DNA from: Lama glama
Taxonomy: Eukaryota
Assembly (NCBI GenBank): GCA_028534125.1
Contig: CM052824.1
Span: 17,670,001-17,734,000 of the forward strand
Length of the DNA stretch: 64,000 nucleotides
Reading direction: 5' to 3'
Made by a program: the position numbers and the translations under genes. Below are positions 50,626-64,000 of this stretch, piece after piece (within the stretch, counting starts at the first letter, position 1; the number at the start of each line of letters is the position of its first letter). The notes beneath the pieces were generated by a model. It was given only the letters and a program-made list of their open reading frames with translations, was not told the origin of the DNA and ran no database searches.

Positions 50626-52277
50626 ACATCCCTGACCACTGGCCAATCTGCTTCTCCTTGAATGCTCCTCCTAGGTACTCCGGTTAAGTTAAGGCAGCTG
50701 GACCCTTCCTTGAACCATCCTCTAATAGAAAGTTCTTCCTGACATCAACTTCCTATGTAACACTTCCCTGTAACACTCATCTTCTGGCTCTAATTTCCTC
50801 TGGGACCAGGAAGAATAAATCTAATTCCCTGTTTAACTTGCGAGTCCTTCAACTGTTTTGGATAGCTGTGCCTGGTTTCTACAGCTGTCCTCTCATGATG
50901 TGGTTTTAGACCTTTTACTATCCTTGCAGTGAGAAGGACATGGAGTTAGGAGGAAGCCCTGCCACCTTCAAAAGGGGTGATCTTGAGCAAGTTTCTTCCT
51001 CTAAACAAAATACTAGCTTAATAAAAACTACATGTCAGGGTTGGTATGAAGATTCACTGAAACCACGGAGGTAAAGCCCTAGTGTCTGGTGCACGGATGG
51101 CCCCCTACAAACGTTGAGTTCCTTTCCAGTGCCCAGCCAGCAGCTGTTGGTTATGCCCCAGCTCATCAGTACAAGGTTTAGACATGATGTCCACAAACGG
51201 GATTTCCCCTGCATCTCCACTTAAACACAGAATACAGCGGGACTATAACATTCCTCACTCTGAGACGTTTAATAAACGTGCTCAAGCCGCTCAGTGTGAC
51301 TGGTCGGGACTAGAAATCACCTCTGTTAATGGACTCCAAGAGCGCAGTCACACTGTAGGCCACCCCATAGCAACACTGCTCCCTACTGTGCTTACACAAC
51401 TAAACCCCAAAGCCATTTCTGTGTGGATTATTCCACCATAGCCTGCATCAGGTACAGCTGACTTTTTAAACCTAAGTGTAGGACTTTGCATTGATCCCCA
51501 CTGGACCTCTCCTTTAGTGATTCCTCTTCCCACAAGTCTGCTGCCTTTATAACAGACAAGACTACCCTAAAGAACTCTACCATGACTTCCTTGTCTCCCA
51601 GTTTACATCATCATTTGGTGGTACCTCCTCCAAGGATGAGCAGAAGACAGGGGAGATGGAAACCCCTCTAGCAATTTTGCTACTTTTCAGCTGCTCTTTT
51701 AAAACTCCTACATGAGGAAGGAAATGGAAGCTGTTAACTGACTAGATGGTGGTAGAAGATGTGATTTGCTTTATCCAAACTCTCTTTGACCTCTAATTCC
51801 ACAAACATAAGAGAAGTGGTAGTTTAGCAAATGGATGCAAGGAAATGAGAGAATTCTAAAACACAAGCTCTAGAGAATGTCAGAAAATCAGCCATCAAAG
51901 TAGCAAAAGTGCTGGACCAGGGGTTGAAATGCTTTCGAGTCCTGACTCTGTCACAAACTAGCTAGGAGACTTGAGCATGTTCTTCAAACCTGTCTAGGAT
52001 TCAGTTTCCCCATCTATAATAGGAATAGATTTGGGCTAAAAAAAATTAACCTGTTAATANNNNNNNNNNNNNNNNNNNNNNNNNNNNNNNNNNNNNNNNN
52101 NNNNNNNNNNNNNNNNNNNNNNNNNNNNNNNNNNNNNNNNNNNNNNNNNNNNNNNNNNNNNNNNNNNNNNNNNNNNNNNNNNNNNNNNNNNNNNNNNNNN
52201 NNNNNNNNNNNNNNNNNNNNNNNNNNNNNNNNNNNNNNNNNNNNNNNNNNNNNNNNNNNNNNNNNNNNNNNNNNNNN

Positions 52278-52420
52278 GGAGGGATAAACAGGCAGAACAC
52301 AGAGGATTTTTAGGGCAGTGAAAATATTCTTTATGATACAATAATGGTAGATACATGTCATTATATATTTGTCAAAATCCTTAGAATAGAGAACACTAAA
52401 GTGAATGCTAATGTAAAAAA
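52278..52420 (+). mobile_element. L1MC-type 3' UTR fragment
   Basis: aggcagaacacagaggatttttagggcagtgaaaatattct...gatacatgtcattata. Confidence 0.75.
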
Positions 52421-53069
52421 AAAAAACTAAACAAACTAAAACTAAAACTAAACCAAAAAACAAACCCACCTTACACCTGTCAAATAATAACAGCACCACA
52501 TGTCTTATCACTTGAGTCCCACAGGCAGGCTTTGCCGTTACCTCCATTTTACAAATGAGGAAACTGAGCAGCACAGGGACGTGGGCACTAAAAATGGGAC
52601 TTGAACCTAGATTTTTAGACCACAAGCTCGGGGTTCCTTGCTTTTCACCATATTTCCTACCTCCCAGATCTCAAATCCTATAAAATTTCCTTGGAAGTGA
52701 ATTTGTGCCTATTTAGTGTCCAAAAATACAAAGGAGGTTCTCTGCAAAACTCTTTCATTTATTTTATTTGCTGCTTCCTTTTATTTATTTTTTATTTTAT
52801 TTATTATTTATTTAGTTTACGCAGAAGGCAGCAAAACAGAATGGGCTTTTGAGACATTTACTTGCTACAGACATGTCCGGCAAGTTGACATCTCTGAGCC
52901 TCGGAGTCCTCACTTAGAAAACGGTAGTACGTCAGTACTTTCTCTCCAGGAATGTTGTAGGGATTGTGGAGGACAGTGCGTGTCAAGCACTCCACACAGT
53001 GCCTGCCAAAAAATAGGACTAAAGAAGGTTCTGGTACCATCTTGGGTACATTGTACAGGCAGTGAGAGG

Positions 53070-53305
53070 AGTACAGCATGGTAGTTAAAAGTGTGGCTTC
53101 ACATCCCAGCTTTGCTGCATACTAGCTGTTTATCTTGGGCAAGATGCCTACCCTCTGTGCTTGAGGCACCCTTTCACCTGTGAAATGATGTGAACATAAT
53201 AGGACTGACTTTGGAGGACTGTGGTGAGACAAGAACGAGCTGGAGCACTGAAGATGCTCAGATCTGTGCGTGGTGCATAGGAAGCTCTGGTACGTGCTAG
53301 CTATT
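53070..53305 (+). mobile_element. MIR SINE
   Basis: tacagcatggtagttaa...actagctgtttatcttgggcaag...acctgtgaaatg. Confidence 0.7.
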
Positions 53306-55394
53306 GAGATCATGTCCCTCTCTTCCCATCAGCAAATCTCAACTCTGTGCTTACAACCAATTGCAAGCACTTTGGAATATACTCCTGTTTGTTTCAAACC
53401 CACAGCAATGGAGCCAGCTCTCCCCACCTCTCGTTCGGGGTTGCATCCTATCTGCTCTGACGAGTCTGTGGCCACTGTCCCTCTACCTGTATGGACTGCT
53501 GGCCTCTCAGAAGCAAAGGGTCCACGAGCAAGGGCTCTGGGGTGGACAGCAAGGGTGCTCAAGGCTAGCTGGAGCTCTGGATTCCCTTTGGAGTTGGAGT
53601 TATGATTTAGAGGTTGTTGGCCTCCCTCTTGGAGCAGAGAGGTGAGCACTTTCGGATGACAGTGGGACTCCTCTGCAAGGTTCCGCCAAGGGAGAGCGGC
53701 TGGCAGGGTGATGTGAGGTAGTGCATAGAGCGACAACAATTCTGAGGCCCTAAATTTTGGGTTCAAACCCTTCAACTGAGCCCCCACAGCTAGTCCTTAG
53801 GCTCTGCTTGCTCCCCGCTTTGGGTTCCTGCCTAGGGTGCGTGTTTTCTGCTCTGCAAATGCACTCAGTGCATCTGGGAACGCCAGAAAGCTCATTCCTT
53901 CAGACGCTAAACATACCTTACAAACATGTGTCTTTCCACTGTCAAAGAATGCAGGATGGAATGTTTGGGGCAGATGGCTTAAAAGAAGCTCTAGTCCACA
54001 CTGCCAATTTAAAAAAAAAGAAAGAAAGAAAAACATTCTTGCCGAGGTAGGAGCTAAAATAAAGCATTTCTTCAGGTGGTTGCTATGGTTATATGCATGT
54101 GTGTTACACGCTCCTTTTGCACACTGGTTGGAAGCATCTAGAACCTGGTGCCACAAATGCCTGAAGTTACTGGGAGTGAAGCAAAGCCATCTTCCTGAAA
54201 CATCTATTTTACCTGAAGGAAGATAAAATAAAAACTTTTATATTAAGAATATAAAATCTACTTAATATCAATGACAATTAATGAATCAGAATTCATAGTT
54301 TGCAGTTTTTTGGATGAAATACAGGACCTGGTAGTAATTTGACACTTCTAGGATGTTGGTTCCCCTCTGCCATAAGGGATGTTTCTAGGGGAACGTTTTA
54401 CCCATGCTGGGCCTGTCATGGTGTGAAATGCTAGAGAGAAGACAGCCTCAGACAGAGGACGGAGCACGTGTGTGCAGTCCAGAGACTGGTGTGCAGGCCA
54501 GGACCCAGCCACCTACTTGCCGTGTGACCTTCCGGTTAAGCAGGGATGTTAATCCTGGGCCCATCTGCCTCCCAGGGCTGCTGTGAGAATCCGAGGAGAC
54601 AATTCATGTGAAAGAGCTTTGGAAACAACGGTGTCCCACAAATGTAAGTTATTATGATTCAGCCTTGTTGTTTTTGGAAAGCCTGCTTCATTTTATGTAT
54701 CACATGTATTCTCCATCCTACCCCCTCCCCCCAGAGGCAGATGAAAAAAAGGAACTTCTGAGCTGACAAAAAGAAAGGAGTCACCAAGCCGGCTCCTCTG
54801 GCCCAGTCTTCCGTCGAGGCCACGGGAGAAGCACGCTCCCTGCCAGGCTGGCGGCCCAGGCCGCGTCGCCCGTCTTGAGCGGAAGGGAGACAGAGCGCAG
54901 CATTCACCGCTGTCTGAATTTCATTATGTGGGTCTCCAGACAAGCAGAGGGGAAAAGTGCAGAGGAGCAGGTCAGCGTCTGAAATGTGAGAAGGGCCGCA
55001 GTCTCTGAAGAGTATGGGAATGGGAGGAAACCTAATACTGCTGCAGAGGGGAGAGGGGGCACTGCATCATGTGAAACTCACTGAGAGAGCGGTCAGCAGG
55101 GCTTGGGGGCAGGGGAGGCGGGCTTTCCCACTGACCCACTTGCAAAAGGGCCTGGACTCTGTTCTGTCCCACTCCACAGTGACGCTGCAGTGGGCACGCT
55201 AGGCCAGCGGCCTGGGTGCCCACAGGGACTAGAGACTGGGCTCGGGTCCTAAGTGAGTCCACGGGAGTACTGATTCCAGGGGAGTACTACTGGCTGGGGC
55301 AGGGGGGGGCAGACAGTATGAACCCAAATCAGACGTCTGAAAGGGAGCCCAGAGTTTGGAACTGGAGAGAATGGGGTTGGATAATCAATCAGTC

Positions 55395-55590
55395 AAAATT
55401 ACTATTTACTGGGCATTTGTGTCCCTAATATGTCACTTAATCCTCACAGTAACTCCATATTATCATTCCCACTTTATGCACAAAGAAACTGTGGCTCAGT
55501 GAATTACGGGACAGTTTCAAGAGTACGTGGCTAGTAAGTGGCAAAGCCAGAGTTTGAATCCACATCTGTGCAACTCTGGATTTTTTGATT
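55395..55590 (-). mobile_element. MIR SINE
   Basis: ttaatcctcacag...gaaactgtggctcag...gctagtaagtggcaaagccagagtttgaatcc. Confidence 0.75.
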
Positions 55591-55951
55591 CTAAACTCTG
55601 TTACACCCCTCTCTGAATGGGAAGTGGAGCCATTGTTGGGAATTAAATGGAGATGGATCAAAGTATAAGCATATGGGAACAAGGGGGGAAGGTCTGGATG
55701 TCTTCCACATTGATGACTTGGTTTTCTAGGCTGGGGGAGTTTGAGTATGTACATTTGTACTATAAGAGTTGGCCACCTTTCCAAGGAGGTAACTCACGCC
55801 CTAACATCAGATTTTCTGTGGGCAGGGGTGAGGGTGGGGCTGCAGCCACTATTGGAAGTAAATGCCAAACAAGCAAGCAGGGACATATGAAAGAGGGCAT
55901 AATGGAGGGGAACAGACGTCCTGTCACTGATGAGATTTACCTTTGATGCTT

Positions 55952-56442
55952 TTATCAATTATCTATCACCATAATAATGCTGCATAACAAACAAGCCCAA
56001 TAGTAAGTGGCTTAAAACCACAACCATTTATTATTTCTCCTGCATTTAGGGGCTGGCAGAGAAACTATGCTGATCTGGGATGGACTCAGATGATGTCAGC
56101 TAGGCTTGCTCATGTGTCTGCCACTGGGTAGAGGTCCTCAGGGGATGGCTGATCTAGGATGACTTAGCTCTGCTCCACAGAGTGTCTCATCTCCCAGCAG
56201 GCTAGTTCAGGATTGTTCTCCTGGTGAGGGCAGAGGAACAAGAGAGAGTCGAAGTGTTTGGGACCCTTAGATATACCAGCTCTTCTGCCACATTCTACTG
56301 GCAAAGTAAGTCAGAAGATAGTCCCAGGATTCAAGGGGTGGGGAAACAGACTCCATCTCCTGATGGCTGGCAGAGTCACACTGCAAACTGCTTGAAGAAC
56401 TGCAGGCTTTTTTTTTTTTTTTTTTTGCAGTCAGTCTACTAC
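55952..56442 (-). mobile_element. MaLR solo LTR (MLT1F/G/H-like)
   Basis: tgctgcataacaaac...gtggcttaaaaccacaaccatttatt...ccacattctactggcaaagtaagtca...tctactaca. Confidence 0.75.
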
Positions 56443-57297
56443 AGGATTCAATTCCAATCCCAAAAGCACATGAAAGGCAGTGGCATTTTCTAATATTCTG
56501 GACCATGCTCACTTCCCTGCCTTTTCTCCCCTAATTACTATTTCCTTGCCCAATCTTTCTGTGTCTTGTTGGCTGAGGAGAGATACAGTAGCTCTAGAAA
56601 TGGACAGACTCTCTGGGGATGGAGGGATAAAATTACTCTAGAATTGGGCAGATAAAAGAACGTTTTCTTTTTTTAGGGGTACTAAAATTCAGACTGCCTG
56701 TCCACTGACTTCATCTCTATAGTTTCTGTAACTAAGAATCTTGCATTAACAAATATACTTAAACTTTCTCAGTAAGCCATCCCAATGTAGCCATGCATGT
56801 TTGGGAATGCTGTCAAATTCCAGGAGACAGATGTTCATTTAATGAGATGAATTTTTACTAATACTTCTACCCCACTGCTAATCCTGTGTTTGTGATCTGA
56901 ATTTAAGATACTAAACTCTAGCAATTTATTTCCTATAATGTGGCTGAGATCATAGGCTCCCCAGAGGTCCACCTTTGAAATCCTTACATATGAAATTATT
57001 GGCCTGATATTTGACATTTGTATGCCAAGAACTGACTGTTACAATGTAATGGAAAGAGCAGTGAGCTTAGAATCAGAAGACTTGGCTGGTGCTGAACTCA
57101 AAGTAGCATCGTGGTCAGGCACCTGTCTGACGTCAGACTGCCTGGAATTGAATTCCAGCACGATCGTATATGCTTTGTAACCTTAAACCTTAAGGTTACT
57201 TAAATTCTCTCTATCTCAATTTCTCTGTCTATAAAATGAGAATAATACAAGTGCCAACGTCCCAGGGATGACATAATTCAAATAAGAGGTTTCCAAA

Positions 57298-57900
57298 CAA
57301 GGGAATGAAATCACCATCTCAAAAAGATATCTGCATCTCCATGTTCATAGCAGCCCTATTTACAACAGCCAAGACATGGAAGCAACCTAAGTGTCTACCA
57401 ACTGATAAATGGATAGAGAAGTTGTGGTATTTGTATACAGTGGAATATTACTCAGCCATAAAAAGGAGGAAATCCTGCCATTTGTGACAAGATGGATGGA
57501 CCTTAAGGTTGTTATGCTATGTGAAATAAACCAGGCAGAGAAAGACAAATACTGTATGATCTCACTTATATGTGGAATCTAAAAAAACCAAACTCATAGA
57601 TACAGAGAACAGATTGGTGGTTGCCAGAGGTGAGAGGAGGGGAGAGGGAAGTAGGTAAAAGTGGGCAAAAGGTATAAACTTCTAGTTATAAGATAACAGC
57701 TCTTGGGGATGTAATGTACAGCACAGTGACTTTAGTTGACAATACTGTATTGTATATTTGAAAGTTACTAAGAGAATAAATCTTAAAAGTTCTCATCATA
57801 AGAAAAACAACTTATCACTACATACAGATATCAAATCATTATGTTTTATACTTTGGACTAATACAGTGCTATAAGTCAATTATATATCAACAAAAACTGA
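57298..57900 (+). mobile_element. L1MA9/10-like 3' end inserted into a MIR
   Basis: KDICISMFIAALFTTAKTWKQPKC; aaagacaaatactgtatgatctcacttatatgtggaatctaaaaa. MIR sequence lies to the left (57110-57290). Confidence 0.85.
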
Positions 57901-59804
57901 AAAGGGAAAAGAAGATGCTGAGAACAATGCCGGCAGAGTACACACTATCAGAATGTTACTTATCATTATTGGCTCTGCCCTTTGATGCCTGAAGAAATGT
58001 AACCTCTCTGGGCCTGAATATCATCATCTGTAAAATGGGAGCAATATTACCTGTCAAACCTACAACACTTACCTTCCTGGGTCCTTAACTTCAGACCTCA
58101 GATGGGTTTTCCTACCCTGAGAGCCCCTGGGAAGCAAGCCTTGGCTCAGGCTGACCCACAAAGATAGGGCACCTGCAAGAGGGAGACAGGGATTTAGTCC
58201 TTCCTCTACTAGTTTTATTTCCTTACCTGCCTCCCTGATTCAGGGCTAGCCGTCCTCTTCCACGTTCATGCTAGGTGCTGACACAGCTAATTCGCTCTGC
58301 TCCAGGGAAGCTGGTGGAGCTGCATGGAGGGACTCACTCCCTGCTCCATCAGCCCCCATCTGAAAAGACAGGACATCTGTCCCAACTGACCTGTGGCCCC
58401 TGGGCTCCTGAAGAAAAATCCAGGTTGTACACAGCTTCCCTGCCCCTGGAGGCTTTCCCTTCAGATGTGCTCATTTCTTGGACCATGGTCCTGGGGAGAC
58501 TAAGACACATCTTCTTTTCTGTCCTCAGGACAAGGCATGGAGCACGGTGAGGTCCTCAAGACACAATGTGGACTCTGGCTTGGGGACTGGGAAGTCACCC
58601 AGTTGGACGTGCCCAGTTGCCAAACTAGAAATTTTAACTCAGGTGCGACTCATTCCTGGTAAGTCCCCTACCAAGTCCTGTAAACCCTAATGAACGGACA
58701 TTTGCTCCAAGCAGCACATTCTGCCCCATCACTACTGCTCTTACCTTAGTTCCTGTCTCATCCTGAGTCACATGGAACATGGCAAATGTTCCCTCCCTGC
58801 TCCTTCTTCTTCCTCACTGCCAAAGAAAACGTGCTCATTACTTAGACATTTTCCAGTGATTCCCCAGCTCCTACAGGATAGTCAAAATCTTGTACTTAAA
58901 ACCCTTAACACTTCAGCTATGGCTTTTCTTCACCCCCGATGCCATACCACTATCCCATACACAAGCCTTGTAGTAACCGAACTGAACCCTTCCCCATGCC
59001 CCTAATACACCACGCCCTCATCCAGGAAATGTCTCTTCCTCATCTCTCTTCTAACCAAGCTCAGCCTTTGAATAGCATCTTAAATGTCGTCACCTCCAGG
59101 AAGCCTCTCCAGCTCTCCCAAGCAGTGTTAGTTGTTGGACTCCACCACACTTTATACCTACTGCCATCAGCACACTGACTACACTACAGTGTAGTTGTGT
59201 GTCTATACAGGCAATCCAGATGTCAGTACCCTAGAGCTAGAAAAGGTCCATTAAATCCACTGAATTCCAGTTCTACGACCTGTGGAAGTCCAAAGCCTCT
59301 CCTATGTCTTCTGTGAATTCCCAGGGGGTCTGTATTTCCCTTGTTCCCCATCTGCAGCTCCTACTTCTACACCTACTGCCTCTAGTCTGTACAGTGTTCA
59401 TCCAGGTGTGACCAGGACCATTATGCAGGGCTGTACAGATTGTACCCTTGCACCAAACTATGGGAGAAAAGGAGTCTGAAACACCAGCCTGTGCCCTCCT
59501 CACCTTCAGCATCCACCCAGAAGGGGTTCCTTCCACTAACTTGTGCAAATATACAACATGGGATAGCAGTGGTCCTGTGCCCTTCTTAAATTTCCAATAC
59601 AAGCTCTTCCTTATAGTTAGGGTTTGTGATACAGAGACTACTTGAATCCTGGCAAGTGGGGGTGGGAGGACATGGAGGTGGTGGCATTTCTATTCTTAAA
59701 CTATGGTTTTGTTTCCTCTTCACCTGGAAAATGTTAGTGCCATTTCTTCCTACATATTCCCCAGCCTCACATCAGCCCATTGGATCCTCTCATCACTCCA
59801 CCTC

Positions 59805-59922
59805 CTGCCCCACCCCTGTCCCTCCTCCTCTTATTTCCCTTCTTATTCCTTCTCCTACAATGTCTTTTTTTCCTTTCCCTTTCTCCCTCTTTCTCTTTTC
59901 TCTCCCCTCCTCTCATTTTTCC
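59805..59922. repeat. CT-rich polypyrimidine tract
   Basis: Seen directly. Confidence 0.8.
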
Positions 59923-62809
59923 ATGAACAGTTTAACCATTTTGTTCATTCTTTATTTTTCTGCCAACACACAAAGTTTCACCTTATCCTGAGTAATTTAT
60001 TAAGACATCTTTGTAAACAAAGAATCTTCATTCCCTAAAAGGATGTCAATTGATACCTACTGTTAAGACAATACAGGTGTCATCTTATTATACATACATC
60101 TGTTTCCCCTCGCGCCAACCTTTTCTGCCAGTTCCTTAAGAAAAGAGGTGGTGTTCCCGCAGTACCCGTTATAGAAGATACTCAGTCACTGTTTAGTAAA
60201 TGGAGAACTGAAATCACCCGGGGCCGATCAAGACCAAGCTCAAGTTCTCACTCCGCACCCTTATTAGCTGAGGACCTTGGACAATTAACCTTAGAGCCTC
60301 AGCGTCTTCATCTATAAAAGCATCAGAACCAGGGTGAGCCACGTGAAGCACTCACTCGCAGGCTTGGCAAGATGCAAGGAGCCTGACAGTGATGCCTCCT
60401 TAAATGTGTACCCTGGGAAACTGACCTGCCTCACCCTCATCCTGACCCAGATCTGGGACATGGGGATAATAATGATATCTGTCTCATGATGATAATGATT
60501 GTAGCAGAGATTATTTGAAATGAAGCATGCAGGACTAAGCATGTCATCTAGCATATTTCTTAGTGAGCATGAGTGAGGGTTTTAACTTAATAAGTGTAGA
60601 CAGTCCAAGCTGTCTTATACGAAATAGCTCAGGAGCATCATTGTTTCACGGAAGCTATTTGATACTTAATGTTTAGAGTTGTAATAATTCAAACAGATCT
60701 TTAATCATTTTCAACTTGGTAAAAAATGTTTTCATACACATATTTTTTTGTCCTATGGATTGGGATGTATAGAAATACAGCTTCATGTCTCACCCTGAAT
60801 CATCTTTAATGTAGACTTGTTACGGGAGACGCAGCTTCATTGTTTTATCTAATAAGAGTATCTGCCCACAGGAATTCAGGGTTAAGCTTCATGTTTGAAA
60901 CCACTGTTGGTTTTTATATTCACAGCAGCTTAACCCAATGGCCTGTCCCAACTGGCATCGCAGATGTCTCTTTGTACCTCAGTTTCATTGCTCTGAAGGA
61001 TGGGCACCTATCAACGTGGATGTTTCAACATCCCCAGGTTGGACATCTGCCCTGGGTACCCATGGACGACTGCCACGAGAAGTCTCATCGCATGTCTCCT
61101 CTTTCGATTTCAAACATCCATCCCATTCTGATATGTTAGATTCTTTCAAAGTTCTCTTTCTAAAAATTCTTCCTGACACTGAATTAATGCCCCTAGAGGG
61201 TATTAGCTCAGGTATAATTTCTTATTGTACCCGTTGAGGGAAAAATATGATTCTGAAATCTATTGAACCCATCCATAAAATGTTGGCAAGCTTTTAAAAA
61301 TGTAGATGTCTGAACTCAACTCAGACAAATCTTTGCAATAGAGTGTCACAGGCTTCCTCTGGGTAGAAGCAAAAAAGCTGAGCCCCCTGGCCCCCTCCAC
61401 CAGAGGCTTCCCATGGTGAAAATTTGATGTCATGCAGCTCATATCTGAAGTAAGATCATCCTCAAATACCCTCCAAACTGGTGAAACTTCATCCAGCTGT
61501 TTTCACACAATGGCATGCCAAAGAAAGAGACAGGAACTTAATCACGTTTACGTAGCTGAGAGTGATGATGGACACATGAGAATGTCAGGCTGGCTTAGAG
61601 ATACTGAGTAGTGGCGGATAGTACCCGGCACAGAGCAAGGCTTCCATAAATGCTATTATCTGTTATAGGCAAAGCGTACCCACCCCATCATCATATCTAT
61701 GAGAAACAAATGAAGACGCATATGCTAGAAAGGACATGAAAATGTCAATAACAGTTGTGTACGGACAGCCAGGAATTCCTTCCCTTTCTTCTTCTCAATA
61801 TTTTCTCATTTCTCCTTAATGAACATGTATTATGTTTATCACAGAAATAGCACAGTTATTAAATTTTGAAAAATATTTTTGAGAAGCCCTATTTTGTCTA
61901 CTCTCAGCCTTTACAAATCAAATACTTTCCAGACCTCTGAAATGTTCTGAGAGAGAGGACGTGAGGAAGACTTTATGGGAACTGACAGGGAGTCATCCTC
62001 TGGCAAGAAGTCTAATCGCTTTTTTTCCCCTCCTCTTTTTCTCTTTTTTCTTCTCTAAGTGGAGCTGAATCAATGATTTGCAGCTGTGAGAGCTGCCACA
62101 CTTATGCCTTTAACGATTTTTTTTTCTACCCCAAATCCCCATTGCCAAAGCTGCCTAGGCAAAATGAAAACGTATCAACATTTAAGTTTGCTGTAATTTT
62201 TTAAGCCAAACAAAAATGAATTAACCTAAAGGCAACTAGACTGTGTAGGTCAACGTTTTATTTTTCCTTTTTTTTTTTTTTTTAACACCAGCAGATTGAG
62301 TAGCCAGAAAACTGCTGGAATCTCTTTGCAGAATCCGAGCAACGTAAAGGCAGTGACCTCAGTTAAACTCCTGACCAGCCCAGCTAGTGAATAAAGTAAA
62401 CAAAAATCCCACAACTGAAGCTTGATTTTATGCCCCAGCTGTGGGAGAGGATGTGGATATTTTAAAAACAAACAAACCAACAACAAAATGCAACCACCAC
62501 CACCAACTCCCAAGCACCAGGGTGTGGCCCCAGTCACCCAGAGAAGCAGTCCTCCTGCCATAAATCCTTGATGAAACGTGACTCAGAGCTCCTGGACTAT
62601 TAGCGCTGAGCCGTTCACCCAGCGTTAATGAAAAGCCCTGCCTCAGGTGGGATTTGTGGAGGGACTTAGCATAGGTTGCCACAGCAGTTGACAACCTTGA
62701 GTGTACCAGACACTGTCCGGATTCTTCGCAAAAAAAAAAGGAAGGGGGTCAAAGTAACAGAGCACCCTCTACCAGTCAGGCCCTCTCCCCTACCTTGTCT
62801 TGTTTCATC

Positions 62810-62935
62810 TGCACTATGAGGTGAGGACTACTGTTCCCATTTTACAGATGGGGAAACTGAGGCCTGAAGAAGCAAAGAGACTTGAGGAGCGTCACCCACT
62901 AAGTTAATGACAGAGCCAGGAATAAAATTCAGATC
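62810..62935 (-). mobile_element. MIR SINE
   Basis: cccattttacagatggggaaactgaggcc...gacagagccagga. Confidence 0.8.
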
Positions 62936-64000
62936 CCCATGGTAACTGCTCAGTAGGATGGAATGGGAATTCCCTGGTGTGGAGAACACATTCTAGGAAT
63001 CTCCTATAGAGGAATTCTCAGACCTTTTCCTTACAAAAAAGTTCAAGTATTTCAACCCAACCCTGTGATTAAGAGTTTCTGAGTAGTTTAAGGAAAGGGG
63101 GTGGAGTTCTTTTCTAAATGCCATTCTGCTCAGGGCGTGCCTGTGTCAGCAAGAGCCAGTGTATCTCCGGGTGGAGTCTGAGCCCAGGTCTTAGGAGACG
63201 AAGAGGACAATCCCATCTTGTCTCTGAATCTTGTCACCCGATAGCCTGGGAGCCAGACTCTTTTGGTCTAATCCCAAAACAGCCACAGCTCCCTTGGCAG
63301 GCTTTATTTTAGTCTGGAGGGTTATGGGGTTAGAAGATAATGGGTAAATATTTTAGGACCAACTCCTCATAAAAGAACAAGGAGGCCTGGGAGAGGATTT
63401 CCTCAAATCTAATCTATTCCTGGTTAGCCAACGGTCAGTTTTAGGACTGTGCCAGTTCACAGCAGAAGGGCTGTGTCCTGTGAATTTTATCTAGTTCTCA
63501 ACCTGATGTTAAAATCAGGAGAAAATGCTTTTTGGAAAAGTACATACCATGAGTTGTTTTTTTTTTTTCCCAGAATTAACACTATAAGGCACTCAACTCA
63601 CTTGTCTACTCTAAAGCCTCATGTCTTAATCAACTACTACAAAACCTGGCCTCTGGAACACTGGCAGGATCTCAGACTGGGCACAGATTTATTGTGGGGG
63701 GAAGGGGACTGGCATGCATTCACTTGGAGTTAGAGAGATACTTAGTACATTTTGAGGAGAAAGTACAGAATGCAAAGAGCGAGGTGAAATAGATGTTAAA
63801 AAAAAAGTAGCCCTCCTCAGCAGGCCTTGGGCCCCACAGCTGAACTGCCAGTTCTGCAAGCAGACCTCTGCTTCATAGGAAAATGACCCCTGAATTTTGG
63901 CTCTGATTTCCTTTTGGTCATAATTACCTGTTATTATAATATTCTCATTACCGCACAACAAAACTCTAGAGGGCAGAAAAAAGAGAAAAATGACCACTAA

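Noticed and set aside
267-63576. Multiple TTCNNNGAA STAT-like motifs across the window
   Set aside because: The number seen is about what chance predicts in 64 kb, and they are not clustered.
1-64000. CRISPR arrays, operons, tRNA/rRNA genes or a prokaryote-style defence system
   Set aside because: The sequence is mammalian intronic and intergenic DNA. I saw no repeat-spacer arrays, structured RNA genes or clustered intact ORFs.

Overview
This is mammalian genomic DNA. It is probably from a camelid-like cetartiodactyl: it has cetartiodactyl-type L1 3' ends and a short internally deleted Tigger1, and I saw no Alu, B1/B2, Bov-A/Bov-tA, PRE-1 or Can-SINE. The only gene I can support is the 5' end of ROR1 on the minus strand. 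A CpG island (~29.3-30.65 kb) carries the promoter, the GC-rich 5' UTR and coding exon 1, which ends in the signal-peptide residues AARGAAAQ|gtaaga at 29877/29876. The ATG itself is hidden in an N gap (29902-30044). Positions 1-29876 are ROR1 intron 1, and 30.65-64 kb is upstream intergenic DNA containing a ~10 kb nested L1/LTR/ERVL cluster (34-44 kb). The rest is interspersed repeats (L1, MIR, L2, MaLR/ERVL LTRs, hAT and Tigger DNA elements), microsatellites and seven N gaps. The ORF-track ORFs are almost all chance frames or L1 relics. I found no convincing new multi-gene system. The best leads are candidate ROR1 regulatory elements, TE insertion structures and three repeat-free minus-strand segments that could be decayed exons. 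Repeat family names and the ROR1 call come from recognising sequence from memory, not from database searches; most repeat boundaries are approximate.
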